A stretch of 64,000 bases of DNA from NCBI GenBank assembly GCA_023379265.1, contig JAMCUI010000019.1, positions 9,233 to 73,232 of the forward strand, given 5' to 3'. Numbering within the stretch: position 1 is the stretch's first letter; each line of letters begins with the position of its first letter. A program made the position numbers and the translations under genes. The stretch comes from Patescibacteria group bacterium (GTDB taxonomy: Bacteria > Patescibacteriota > Microgenomatia > 2-02-FULL-39-11). The notes under the pieces are model-generated. The model saw nothing but the letters and a program-made list of their open reading frames with translations, was not told where the DNA came from and searched no databases. Below, in pieces: positions 20,894 through 29,741 of the stretch.

Positions 20894-20984
20894 AAAACCA
20901 AATACAAAATCTTTTGTTCTTTTTATAAGGTTTTCAGTTTTAAGATACGGTTTTGAATTTTCTCATTTGATATTTAAATTTTAT

Positions 20985-21905
20985 TTAGAGGATATACAGC
21001 ATAAGTATGACGGCGACTCCCCAAAGAATAATTGAGACTATAAGTGGTATATCGGTAGTAATGATTTTTTCTGGTCTTTCACCCTCAGTGCTTTCATATG
21101 CCAGTTGTGCAAAGCGCATAAGGCCATAAATGACAAAAGGAATAGTGATAATCATCCATTTGCGGTCCAATGCCTGAGGTATAAAACTTGTCAAAAAAGT
21201 CCTAAATGGAGCGTTAAATTGTGGCGGTTCCTCAAGGAATGTAAAGAGCGCATACGCCAAAATAGCTGCAGATCCAAACATTGATGTATAAAAATCCAGA
21301 AGGTGTTCTCTATACTGGAAAAGTGTCGGACGTGTGGTAGCTCCCTTAAAAAGGAGCTCCGCGTGTCTTTTGGTGGAGGCTACAAAGAGAGCGACAAAAA
21401 GGATGGTTAGAAAGAGCCAGAAGGGTAAATGATAATTTGTTAGCGCTTCGCCTGCATATGCACGAAGTATAAATGAAAAAGCGATGCCAAGGACATCCAT
21501 GACAGCATGTTTTTTCAAAACCGTCGAGTAAAGAAGATGAAGGGCTGTAAAAGCTGCTGCCGTAATAAAGAACATCGGAGAGATAAGGATGGCTGCAATA
21601 AGACCAAAAAATGCCAGGAAAAAGGCCAATTCCATGGCTGAGTTGATATCAATAAGACCCGCAGCCAGCGGCCTGTTTTTCTTTTCCGCATGAAGCCTGT
21701 CTTGTTTAAGGTCAATAATATCATTGAAAAGATACGAGGCTGAGGAAATTGCACAAAAGATAATAAATCCGTAGATGGAAAGAGTGAAGAAGCGCGGGTT
21801 GAAAAGTTTTCCATTAAATATGATGGCGGCAAAAAGGATAAAATTCTTTACCCATTGGTTTGGACGCAAGGCTATGATGATTGGCGGGATTTTTTTAATC
21901 CTCAT
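20985..21905 (-). CDS. UbiA-family decaprenyl-phosphate phosphoribosyltransferase (DPPR synthase-like)
   Basis: LRPNQWVKN, YLFNDIIDLKQDRLH..K.NRPLAAG, FILRAYAG, KRHAEL, TIPFVIYGLMR. Confidence 0.88.
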   Translation of the reverse strand: MRIKKIPPIIIALRPNQWVKNFILFAAIIFNGKLFNPRFFTLSIYGFIIFCAISSASYLFNDIIDLKQDRLHAEKKNRPLAAGLIDINSAMELAFFLAFFGLIAAILISPMFFITAAAFTALHLLYSTVLKKHAVMDVLGIAFSFILRAYAGEALTNYHLPFWLFLTILFVALFVASTKRHAELLFKGATTRPTLFQYREHLLDFYTSMFGSAAILAYALFTFLEEPPQFNAPFRTFLTSFIPQALDRKWMIITIPFVIYGLMRFAQLAYESTEGERPEKIITTDIPLIVSIILWGVAVILMLYIL

Positions 21906-21987
21906 ATTTCGGGTTTGGTATCTAAGGGAAACGCTAATGGTATTTTAGGGTAGAGAGTAAAGAATATCAATAATAGTTATTACATTA

Positions 21988-23241
21988 TTATATAACCTGC
22001 TGATGAATCAGTTTTGCGACTTTTTCACCCATCTCTATGGCATAGTTTGTACCCCTGTCCCATGGGTAGACCATATCCATGTTAGCAATATAGATATTTG
22101 GTAACGGAGTGGTAAACTTAGGCTTAATTTTGGAGTAGTTTAACGGGAATATTGGTTGGGCAAAGGGACCGAAGAATAATTGAGAATTGAGAATTGAGAA
22201 TTGAGAATTGAGCCGGGGATTAATCTTCTTGAGGTATGGCAGGTAAAGATCGAATATTTCCTCTTTAGTCATCTTGAGATACTTATGGTTAGAGGGAAGA
22301 TAGTTTGCTATCCAGGTCAGGTGGTTGCCGCCGTAGTGATTTTCACCAATCATATTGGTTTGGGCGACAACAGCCAGGAAGGGGAAGCCTTTTTCATTTA
22401 TATTTAGCCAATATACTTCGTCTAAAATTCTCTCTTTTGTTATGAGAAGAAGATTGAGGGCGTGTAAGTGTTTTACTGACAATAGTCTATTTTTATATTT
22501 TTCAGGCAATTGGGGAAACATCCTTATGAAGGTAAAAGAAGGAATTGTAACTATCACCCGGTCAAAATCCTTTCTATATTTATTCTCGAATGATTTTCCT
22601 GTAAACACAGTGCACCCCGCTTTTTCCAGTTTATGAGCCAAAGCATCAACAAGCGTCTGATATCCACCTTCCAGGTAACCCAATCTGAGCGTCCTCTTTT
22701 TTATTCTGGCCCAAAACCAGGCCATATTTATTTCTTCTTTGTAACGGCTGAACTTTCCTTCAAGAAGCGGTTCCCAAATGTTGTTGTAGGATTCTTCACC
22801 GAAATATCTTCTTATCCAATCGGTTGCCTTTTGTGATTCCAGTGTTTGTCCTATTGAGGAGGGAATAAGTTTGAGCGCCAGAGTGACAAGACCAGTTCTT
22901 ACTCTATTTCCAAAAGAAAGTGGAGAGAAAGCCAAAAGCTGTAAAGGGGAATTAAATGGGTAAATTTGGCCATTATAATAGTTTGCTGTAAGGGTCTTGG
23001 GGAATATGATTTTTTCACTCAGGCCCAATTTATTTATTAGTGATAGGGCGGCATTGTCATTTGTAAACCAATGGTGATAGTGTCTTTCTACTGACCATTC
23101 CCACCCCGTGGCTTTATAAGTGGCTGCTAACCCCCCTAAATATTTTTCTTTTTCATAAATTGTGACCTGGTGTTTTTTATCTGAGAGGTAGAAAGCTGCT
23201 GAGAGACCCGTAAACCCTCCTCCCACAATTGCTATTTTCAT
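21988..23241 (-). CDS. FAD-dependent oxidoreductase (protoporphyrinogen/amine oxidase-like)
   Basis: IAIVGGGFTGL, EKEKYLGGLA, ERHYHH, FAQPI, YPWDRGTNYAI. Confidence 0.85.
   Translation of the reverse strand: MKIAIVGGGFTGLSAAFYLSDKKHQVTIYEKEKYLGGLAATYKATGWEWSVERHYHHWFTNDNAALSLINKLGLSEKIIFPKTLTANYYNGQIYPFNSPLQLLAFSPLSFGNRVRTGLVTLALKLIPSSIGQTLESQKATDWIRRYFGEESYNNIWEPLLEGKFSRYKEEINMAWFWARIKKRTLRLGYLEGGYQTLVDALAHKLEKAGCTVFTGKSFENKYRKDFDRVIVTIPSFTFIRMFPQLPEKYKNRLLSVKHLHALNLLLITKERILDEVYWLNINEKGFPFLAVVAQTNMIGENHYGGNHLTWIANYLPSNHKYLKMTKEEIFDLYLPYLKKINPRLNSQFSILNSQLFFGPFAQPIFPLNYSKIKPKFTTPLPNIYIANMDMVYPWDRGTNYAIEMGEKVAKLIHQQVI
22178..22212. repeat. (AATTGAG)x5 perfect heptamer repeat inside the oxidoreductase gene
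   Basis: Encodes LNSQFSILNSQL on the minus strand. Confidence 0.95.
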
Positions 23242-23270
23242 TTTGGAAAAGTAATGAAGGCTTTTGACAA

Positions 23271-23717
23271 CTATTGAGTAAATTCGACTGTGGGTACATT
23301 GACAATCTTAGTGTTACTTACTACATCTATAGCTGTTAGTTCGGCTTTGCCGGTACTAGTTGATGTGAGGTAGAATTGTGCCTGGCCAATATTGTCGGTT
23401 ACCTGTTGGTCGGCAGGAGAAATAGTGACTCCTTCAAGTGATGACGAAAGTTTGACCGTACGATCCGGTAGCACGTTTCCGTTGACATCCCGCATATATA
23501 CTGAAATTTTTATTTTTGTTCCGGTATTGTCACCGTTTTGGCTTCCAGCAACCCCAACTTGAGGAAAAACGATGACAAATGATTTTAAGGGTGAGGGTAC
23601 AGAATTTTTTGCTCTTAGAATTTGCGATGTGGGTTTTTCCAGCATGACTGTTGACATGGCAGCTATAAAGAGTAGGAAGAAAAGAGTGGAAAGAGTAAGG
23701 AATTTTTTATCTTTCAT
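23271..23717 (-). CDS. Membrane-anchored Ig-like (Big_1/invasin-type) protein
   Basis: N-terminal TM; RDVNGNVLPDRTV, VTDNIGQAQF, GKAELTA. Confidence 0.75.
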   Translation of the reverse strand: MKDKKFLTLSTLFFLLFIAAMSTVMLEKPTSQILRAKNSVPSPLKSFVIVFPQVGVAGSQNGDNTGTKIKISVYMRDVNGNVLPDRTVKLSSSLEGVTISPADQQVTDNIGQAQFYLTSTSTGKAELTAIDVVSNTKIVNVPTVEFTQ

Positions 23718-23854
23718 ATATAAATCCGCGCTCCCACAACGACCCGTATGATAATGTTTTCAATATTGTGTCATTTTCCTTTGTCAAAGTCAAATTTGCT
23801 GTTTTAGATATTTTGATATACTAAGTAGTCTTAAAGTCAGAAATAGTGTACATC

Positions 23855-23883
23855 TTGACAACAGTTTTTGAATTTGCCATACT
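23855..23883 (+). promoter_or_regulatory. Sigma70 promoter of the 6S-like RNA
   Basis: TTGACA-17 bp-CATACT with TG extension. Confidence 0.8.
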
Positions 23884-23888
23884 ACGTA

Positions 23889-24067
23889 TGCCCTTCGGAT
23901 AAGGAAATAATTTTGAGATGTTTTTCCACAACAACCTCCGAAGCGGGTATCTTGACAGATTTGTCAGGAGATGGGGTTCAAAGTGTGAGTAATCTGTGGA
24001 TTACTGACCTACCCTCCCTTTAACGTTTCGGGGAAAAATCTCAAAATAGAGCCTATCTCGAAGGGTA
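23889..24067 (+). ncRNA. ssrS: 6S RNA-like long rod-shaped RNA (~180 nt)
   Basis: End-to-end pairing TGCCCTTCG/CGAAGGGTA, ATTTTGAGAT(G)TTTTTCC/GGAAAAATCTCAAAAT, CGAAGCG/CGTTTCG, GGAG/CTCC, with internal loops; G-U pairs favour + strand; starts 6 nt after the -10 box; no ORF. Confidence 0.65.
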
Positions 24068-24227
24068 GCCATTTCTTCATTTAGGAATTTTTCATTTTAT
24101 ATAAAGCGAAAGAAACAATAGATTTGTCACAAGTTGACAAAAAATCAAAGATTTGATTAAATAATAGAGGCGTTTATAAAATTCCTCAGGAAGTTTTTCA
24201 AGTTTTTATTTTCCCATTTAGAATTTC

Positions 24228-25745
24228 ATGCCAGTAAAGCCCAAAATTATAAAAGATAAAACTATAACCGTAGAGGATGTAATTGGAATCCCCAAAAAAA
24301 TAGAAACGGCGGTAAATAGCGGTAAGAATTCCAAAATATCAACTGGGGTAGACAATGGAAAGGTTTCGGTTACAAATCAGTCTAATGATTTGTTGCAGCC
24401 CGAACCAACTGGTGTGGCACAGTCGGTAACAAGTGGTGTAGCCAAACCAATGGGTTCAATTCCAGAACAACCAGTTTTTTCACCCGCACCTTTATCAACC
24501 ACAGTGGGAGTAGGGAGCGCTCCACAAAATAATGGTATACCAGCTTCCCAGGTGAGAAATTTTGTACCCTCCATAATCTCTTCCTCTTCTACCAATCAAA
24601 ATGGTTATGTAAATAATTATGATAGGATGGTGAATACGCCAACAAAATCAGTTACAGGATTTTTAGATGTTATGTCTGAAGGGCACGGATTTTTACGTCC
24701 GAAGTTTGTTCCAGGGGAAGGGGATATATATATATCACAATCACAGATACGTAAATTTCAGCTTAGGGAGGGAGATGAAGTATCCGGTCAGGCTAGATTG
24801 CCGAAGGAGAATGAACGCTACCTGGGACTTTTGAAAGTAGAAAAGGTAAATGGAAAAGCTGCTGAAGATTCTCTGAAAAGGCCGCATTTTGATAATTTGA
24901 CACCAATTTATCCCAATAAGCAAGTAATGCTTGAGACGGGTAAAACTCCACTTTCAGCAAGAATGATCGATTTATTGTCTCCGATAGGTTTTGGTCAAAG
25001 AGGTCTGATAGTTTCTCCGCCCAAAGCCGGTAAGACTACTATATTGAAAGATCTAGCTCATGGCATAGCGGAGAATTATCCAAAAGTTCATCTTATGGCG
25101 GTACTTATTGGAGAAAGGCCTGAGGAGGTAACAGATTTGAGTCGGGGGGTAAAAGGTGAGGTAATAGCCAGTAATTTTGATGAGGCTCCTGAAGCTCAGA
25201 CTAAGGCGGCTGAGGTTGCTCTGGCCCGAGCAAAGAGATTGGTAGAAATGGGGGTAGATGTAATAATTCTCCTTGATTCCATCACTCGTCTGGCAAGAGC
25301 GTATAATCTTTGTGTAAATCCATCCGGAAGAACCCTCTCAGGAGGGTTTGATCCTGCAGCTCTTTATCCGGCGAAGAGATTTTTGGGGGCAGCCAGGAGT
25401 TGTGAGGAAGGTGGAAGTTTGACTATACTTGGTACTGCTCTTATTGAGACTGGAAGTCGCATGGATGACCTAATTTATGAAGAATTCAAAGGCACTGGTA
25501 ATATGGAGCTTCATCTCTCAAGATACCTTCAGGAACAAAGGGTATTTCCAGCAATTGATGTTGACAAGTCCGGGACCAGGCATGAAGAACTTTTACTCTC
25601 AGCAGATGTTTTAAAGAAGGTTGTCACTTTGCGTCATATGTTTTCACTTCTTGGTGATGGTCAGGAGCGTACTCTTACTCTAATTGAACGGCTTCTCAAA
25701 ACCAAATCAAATAAGGAATTTTTAGAAGGACTTAACAAGGGATAA
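24228..25745 (+). CDS. rho: Transcription termination factor Rho with N-terminal low-complexity extension
   Basis: [73 protein letters not shown]. Confidence 0.97.
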   Translation: MPVKPKIIKDKTITVEDVIGIPKKIETAVNSGKNSKISTGVDNGKVSVTNQSNDLLQPEPTGVAQSVTSGVAKPMGSIPEQPVFSPAPLSTTVGVGSAPQNNGIPASQVRNFVPSIISSSSTNQNGYVNNYDRMVNTPTKSVTGFLDVMSEGHGFLRPKFVPGEGDIYISQSQIRKFQLREGDEVSGQARLPKENERYLGLLKVEKVNGKAAEDSLKRPHFDNLTPIYPNKQVMLETGKTPLSARMIDLLSPIGFGQRGLIVSPPKAGKTTILKDLAHGIAENYPKVHLMAVLIGERPEEVTDLSRGVKGEVIASNFDEAPEAQTKAAEVALARAKRLVEMGVDVIILLDSITRLARAYNLCVNPSGRTLSGGFDPAALYPAKRFLGAARSCEEGGSLTILGTALIETGSRMDDLIYEEFKGTGNMELHLSRYLQEQRVFPAIDVDKSGTRHEELLLSADVLKKVVTLRHMFSLLGDGQERTLTLIERLLKTKSNKEFLEGLNKG

Positions 25746-25911
25746 ATTATCCTTTTCCCAGCAGCTTTTGCGGCAGTTTTGACTTCTAAAGCTCTATTTC
25801 CTGTTTCAAAAAAGCAAAACCGTGCTGGTAGTTCTTTTTATAAACTTTGATATCCTGTTCTGATTTGAAAAACGGTAGGAAAATATCAAAGTTCTAGTTT
25901 TCAAAAACATA

Positions 25912-27048
25912 ATGAAAATACCGGCAATAACTTTTTTCAGGAGCTACCGTCTACGGACAAAACCTCTTCAGACAAAATTGGGTGGATTTTTCCAGGAAGT
26001 ACAAGATTGGTTACGTTTTCTTTACTATTATTTCCAAAAAAGAATTGTAAAAGGGGCAGTACACTTTGAGAATATAAAAGATGTTTTAGTTGATCTTCTC
26101 TTAGTAAAGCGTGGTCGCTATAGCAAGCATTTCCTTAATATATCTTTTTTGTTTTTGGTTGCAGGCGCAATAGTTGGAGGTCCGGTCATTGCTGATTATT
26201 ATCCTACAGTCCATCCTAATACTTTTGCAGCTGAAGATTATGCAGCCAACACGTCATCATCACTCTCACAGCAGGATTTAACGACAACGACAGTAGTATC
26301 TGATAAACCGAGGTTTGACATTATTGATTATGAGGTAGTGAAAGGTGATACTTTAGCCTCCATTGCAGATAAATTTGGTATATCTGTCGATACCATAAAA
26401 TGGGCCAATAGTCTCAAAACAGAAATGCTTATTCCAGGTCAGTCGCTGAGAATTCCACCCGTTACCGGAATTGTTGCTAAAGTTGCTCCAGGAGACACTA
26501 TCTATTCTTTAGCTAAAAAATACAAATCCGATGCACAGAAAATAGTTAACTTTCCCGCAAACGATTTTGCAGATTTGGATACGTTTGCCCTGAATGTCGG
26601 GCAGACTCTTTTTATTCCGGATGGTGTAATGCCCGATGCGGCGCCTATATACCAGCCGGCCCCTGTACCTCAGTTTATAGCCGGAGGCGGAGGCAAATTT
26701 ATGTGGCCGACACAAGGAGTTATTACCCAATACCCGGTTTCTTATCACATGGCTGTTGATATAGCTAATCCTAGTGCGCCTCCAGTGGCTGCTGCAGGGG
26801 ATGGCGTCATTTCTTATGCAGGGTGTATAACAACAGGCTACGGTTGCCATATAATCATAAACCACGACGGAGGCTACCAGACCCTTTACGCACATTTGCA
26901 GGCAATATATGTGAAGGTAGGACAAAGCGTTAGTAGAGGTCAGGTGATTGGTAAAATGGGCTCGACAGGTAGATCAACTGGTACTCATACCCACTTTGAG
27001 GTCAGACTAAATGGAGTTCTGCTAAATCCTCTTAATTTTCTGAAGTGA
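25912..27048 (+). CDS. LysM-LysM-M23 peptidoglycan endopeptidase
   Basis: YEVVKGDTLASIA and VAPGDTIYSLA LysM motifs; HMAVD, YAHL, GRSTGTHTHFEV. Confidence 0.92.
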   Translation: MKIPAITFFRSYRLRTKPLQTKLGGFFQEVQDWLRFLYYYFQKRIVKGAVHFENIKDVLVDLLLVKRGRYSKHFLNISFLFLVAGAIVGGPVIADYYPTVHPNTFAAEDYAANTSSSLSQQDLTTTTVVSDKPRFDIIDYEVVKGDTLASIADKFGISVDTIKWANSLKTEMLIPGQSLRIPPVTGIVAKVAPGDTIYSLAKKYKSDAQKIVNFPANDFADLDTFALNVGQTLFIPDGVMPDAAPIYQPAPVPQFIAGGGGKFMWPTQGVITQYPVSYHMAVDIANPSAPPVAAAGDGVISYAGCITTGYGCHIIINHDGGYQTLYAHLQAIYVKVGQSVSRGQVIGKMGSTGRSTGTHTHFEVRLNGVLLNPLNFLK

Positions 27049-27102
27049 CAGTCTTTGTGATAAAATTCCAATAGTGTTTGGTTGATGGTTGGTGATTGTG
27101 TC

Positions 27103-27177
27103 GGGCTGTCAGCACAGTTGGTAATGCGGGATTTTAAGTATTCCTGTTGTGTTTGCCGCGAAGTCGCATTCGGCCCT
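27103..27177 (+). pseudogene. tRNA-like element (degenerate)
   Basis: 75 nt; GGGCTG/CGGCCC acceptor-like stem, D-loop-like AGTTGGTA in GCA/TGC, GGGAT/ATTCC stem with 7-nt loop; T arm non-canonical. Confidence 0.35.
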
Positions 27178-27182
27178 AAAAC

Positions 27183-27254
27183 GGGCTCGTAGCTTAATGG
27201 TAGAGCGTACCCTTCGCATGGGTAAGGTTAGGGGTTCAAGTCCCCTCGAGTCCA
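27183..27254 (+). tRNA. tRNA-Ala(CGC), CCA not encoded
   Basis: GGGCTCG/CGAGTCC acceptor with G3-U70, anticodon arm TACCC-TTCGCAT-GGGTA, GGTTCAAGTCC. Confidence 0.95.
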
Positions 27255-27433
27255 CAAGAGCTTATTTGCGAGTTAAACATTGCAAATGTGGTCGGGTGCA
27301 AGTCCGATTGGGTCCGCATAGTCACTTTGTTCCTCAGTATAAACATTTCATTCCGTCAAGCGCTAAACTCAGTACGAGTTTCTCCGTTGCACTATTTTTG
27401 CGAAATGCTCTCTTGGAGCAATTAATAGCATCT

Positions 27434-27544
27434 AATCGGCCAGAATGGTGGAAATCGGCCGATTGTCTTTCGAACATCGTCCGTACTGCCGATAAATCAG
27501 CCTGCAGCCACGAATCGGCCAGAATGGTGGAAATCGGCCGATTG
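27434..27544. repeat. Two identical 32-bp palindromic direct repeats with a 47-bp spacer
   Basis: AATCGGCCAGAATGGTGGAAATCGGCCGATTG at 27434-27465 and 27513-27544. Confidence 0.92.
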
Positions 27545-27576
27545 GAAGAGAACAGGAGTTATTTTATACTACTGTT

Positions 27577-27993
27577 ATGAAATACCAATACTTTATTTCC
27601 TCCCGCTTCCGGAACAGGGATAAAGTCCTTGAATTGGCCTGGAAACTCAGGGAGAAAGGAAAGACGGTTTACTGCTTTCTGGAGTCGCCGACTGTTGCCG
27701 GAAGGGTAGGGAGGGATCCAGAAGAGGATATGAACGAATTTGAAAAAAGAGACTGGAGGAGTGATCTGTATATTCGTAAGGTGTTTGAATATGATCTTGC
27801 GGCGGAAAAGGAATCGGAATGCCTAATTTTGCTTTTGCCTGGGGGAAAGTCAGCACATATTGAGGCTGGAATTGCTTATGGTCTGGGGAAGAAATGTATT
27901 CTTATAGGAGAAGTCAAAGACGCAGAAAGTCTTTATTGTATTTTCAACGAATCTTATCCAACAATTGACGACTTTATAAAAAGTCTTGACTAG
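27577..27993 (+). CDS. Nucleoside 2-deoxyribosyltransferase-like protein
   Basis: YFISSRFRN, FEYDL, LLLPGGKSAHIEAGIAYGLGK (catalytic Glu motif). Confidence 0.7.
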   Translation: MKYQYFISSRFRNRDKVLELAWKLREKGKTVYCFLESPTVAGRVGRDPEEDMNEFEKRDWRSDLYIRKVFEYDLAAEKESECLILLLPGGKSAHIEAGIAYGLGKKCILIGEVKDAESLYCIFNESYPTIDDFIKSLD

Positions 27994-28052
27994 TTACTTA
28001 TTGTAATATATCTTACAATAAATTATATAATATTTAGAGTGAAGGAGAAAAT

Positions 28053-28457
28053 ATGAAAATGTGTCCAGTGATTCATTTTGAAATGCCAGCAGAAAATAAA
28101 AAGAGAATGTCGGATTTTTACGGGAAAGTTTTTGGGTGGAAGACAAATATGCTAGGTCCTGAGATGAGCGAGTATGTCACGGTTGAGACGACTGAAGCGG
28201 ATAAAAAAACGAGAAGGCCCAAATCCCCTGGGGCAATAAACGGAGGATTTTACCAGAAACCGGACGATCCCTTTGGTCAGTATCCTTCAGTAGTAATTGC
28301 AGTAGATGATATCAAAAAATACATGGAAGAAGTAAAGGCAGCAGGAGGAAGAATACACGGGAAACCAGAGATGATACCAGGAATAGGTTGGTATGTCTCA
28401 ATGATTGATACAGAAGGTAATAGAGTTAGTCTTCTTCAGCCTATCGGTCAAATGTAA
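28053..28457 (+). CDS. VOC/glyoxalase family protein
   Basis: VIHFEMP, FYGKVFGW, INGGF, DTEGNRVSL; AAGGAG RBS. Confidence 0.9.
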   Translation: MKMCPVIHFEMPAENKKRMSDFYGKVFGWKTNMLGPEMSEYVTVETTEADKKTRRPKSPGAINGGFYQKPDDPFGQYPSVVIAVDDIKKYMEEVKAAGGRIHGKPEMIPGIGWYVSMIDTEGNRVSLLQPIGQM

Positions 28458-28587
28458 AGTCATTACTCTTCCAGAAAATACAAATTGTACTTATATTCCT
28501 CCATTATTGGAAAAACTTTCTTATTCTGGTAAAATCCTATTCACGATCAGTTTTAGGTTTACCAAGTAAAATTGTGGGTAATTTTCT

Positions 28588-28662
28588 GGGCCCGTAGCTT
28601 AGCGGTAGAGCGCCTGCATGGCATGCAGGAGGTCACCGGTCCAAATCCGGTCGGGTCCACCA
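28588..28662 (+). tRNA. tRNA-Ala(GGC), CCA encoded, TCC in place of TTC in the T loop
   Basis: GGGCCCG/CGGGTCC with G3-U70, anticodon arm CCTGC-ATGGCAT-GCAGG with A32-U38, ACCA end. Confidence 0.93.
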
Positions 28663-28887
28663 GTAGAAAGTCTGCTGTCCAAATCCGGTCGGGTCCACCA
28701 GTAGAAAGTCTGCTGTCCAAATCCGGTCGGGTCCACCAGTAGAAAGTCTGCTGTCCAAATCCGGTCGGGTCCACCAGTAGAAAGTCTGCTGTCCAAATCC
28801 GGTCGGGTCCACCAGTAGAAAGTCTGCTGTCCAAATCCGGTCGGGTCCACCAGTAGAAAGTCTGCTGTCCAAATCCGGTCGGGTCCA
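28639..28887 (+). repeat. Perfect 38-bp tandem repeat, 6.5 copies, made of the tRNA-Ala 3' end plus 14 nt of trailer
   Basis: GTCCAAATCCGGTCGGGTCCACCAGTAGAAAGTCTGCT starting at 28639, 28677, 28715, 28753, 28791, 28829 and partial at 28867. Confidence 0.98.
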
Positions 28888-29048
28888 TTTTGTTCCGACT
28901 TAAAGTCGAGACTCAGTGCAAGCGCTCCGCTCATTTAGTTTGTTCAGTGTAAATACTTCTTGTTGAATGTTATAGGGAATCAGAAGGTATTTTTTGGATA
29001 CAAAACTTCAAACCTATTTATTTCTTGTGTTATACTTGACCAGGAAAT

Positions 29049-29657
29049 ATGGCGCCGCAACTTTCTATCAAACTCGTAGTTTTTAGTATCATTGATGATA
29101 AATTGAGAGTGTTTTTCAAGGATAAAAATTTACCTGTTGGGTTTCCTCAGAAAGATAAATCTTTAGACAACTCTGCGCTCAGTATTCTTCAAAAATATAT
29201 AAAAACAAGTATTTTGGATGATTATGTTGAGCAGCTTTATACAATCTCTTCAGCAGGTGGAGGGAAAGCAGGGATTGCTGTGGTTTATTATATCCTCATG
29301 CCTGGTTATTCAATAAATAGGGAGAATAAGAGCAACTGGATTGACTGTGATAATATAGGTAAAAATATGTCAGAATATGATGTAATATCTTATGCGGTGC
29401 AACGTTTGCGCTGGAAGGTGGAGTATACCAATGTTGTTTATAGTCTATTACTGGATGAATTTACTCTCAGTCAGTTACAGAAAGTGTATGAGGCGATTCT
29501 CGGAAGGGAGCTGGATAAGCGCAATTTCAGAAAAAAAATACTATCTCTGGGGTTACTTAAAAGCACCGGAAAGAAAAAAAAGGGAGAGGTGGCCCGGCCA
29601 GCCACAGTTTTTTCCTTCAAAAGCCGCAAACCTGAATTTGTAAAAGTGTTTTCATAA
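29049..29657 (+). CDS. nrtR: NrtR family regulator (degenerate Nudix + winged HTH)
   Basis: YVEQLYT, AVQRLRWK, EFTLSQLQKVYEAILGRELDKRNFRKKI, RPA; next to NAD salvage genes. Confidence 0.88.
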   Translation: MAPQLSIKLVVFSIIDDKLRVFFKDKNLPVGFPQKDKSLDNSALSILQKYIKTSILDDYVEQLYTISSAGGGKAGIAVVYYILMPGYSINRENKSNWIDCDNIGKNMSEYDVISYAVQRLRWKVEYTNVVYSLLLDEFTLSQLQKVYEAILGRELDKRNFRKKILSLGLLKSTGKKKKGEVARPATVFSFKSRKPEFVKVFS

Positions 29658-29715
29658 ATCTCTTTTTTCCTTCTTGATTGTTTTTCCATTCTTCTGTATC
29701 ATGGATGTTTATTAT

Positions 29716-29736
29716 ATAGTGTAATTATTACACTAT
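29716..29736. promoter_or_regulatory. NrtR operator palindrome
   Basis: ATAGTGTAATTATTACACTAT, 21-bp palindrome with GT-N7-AC core, 5 nt before the pncB ATG. Confidence 0.85.
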
Positions 29737-29741
29737 TCTAT

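Noticed and set aside
27149-27580. 143-aa ORF
   Set aside because: Overlaps tRNA-Ala(CGC) and the 32-bp repeats; no protein motifs.
28559-28934. Repetitive ORFs (WWTRPDLD...) and possible CRISPR call
   Set aside because: Antisense translations of the tRNA repeat; all units are identical with no variable spacers, so not CRISPR.
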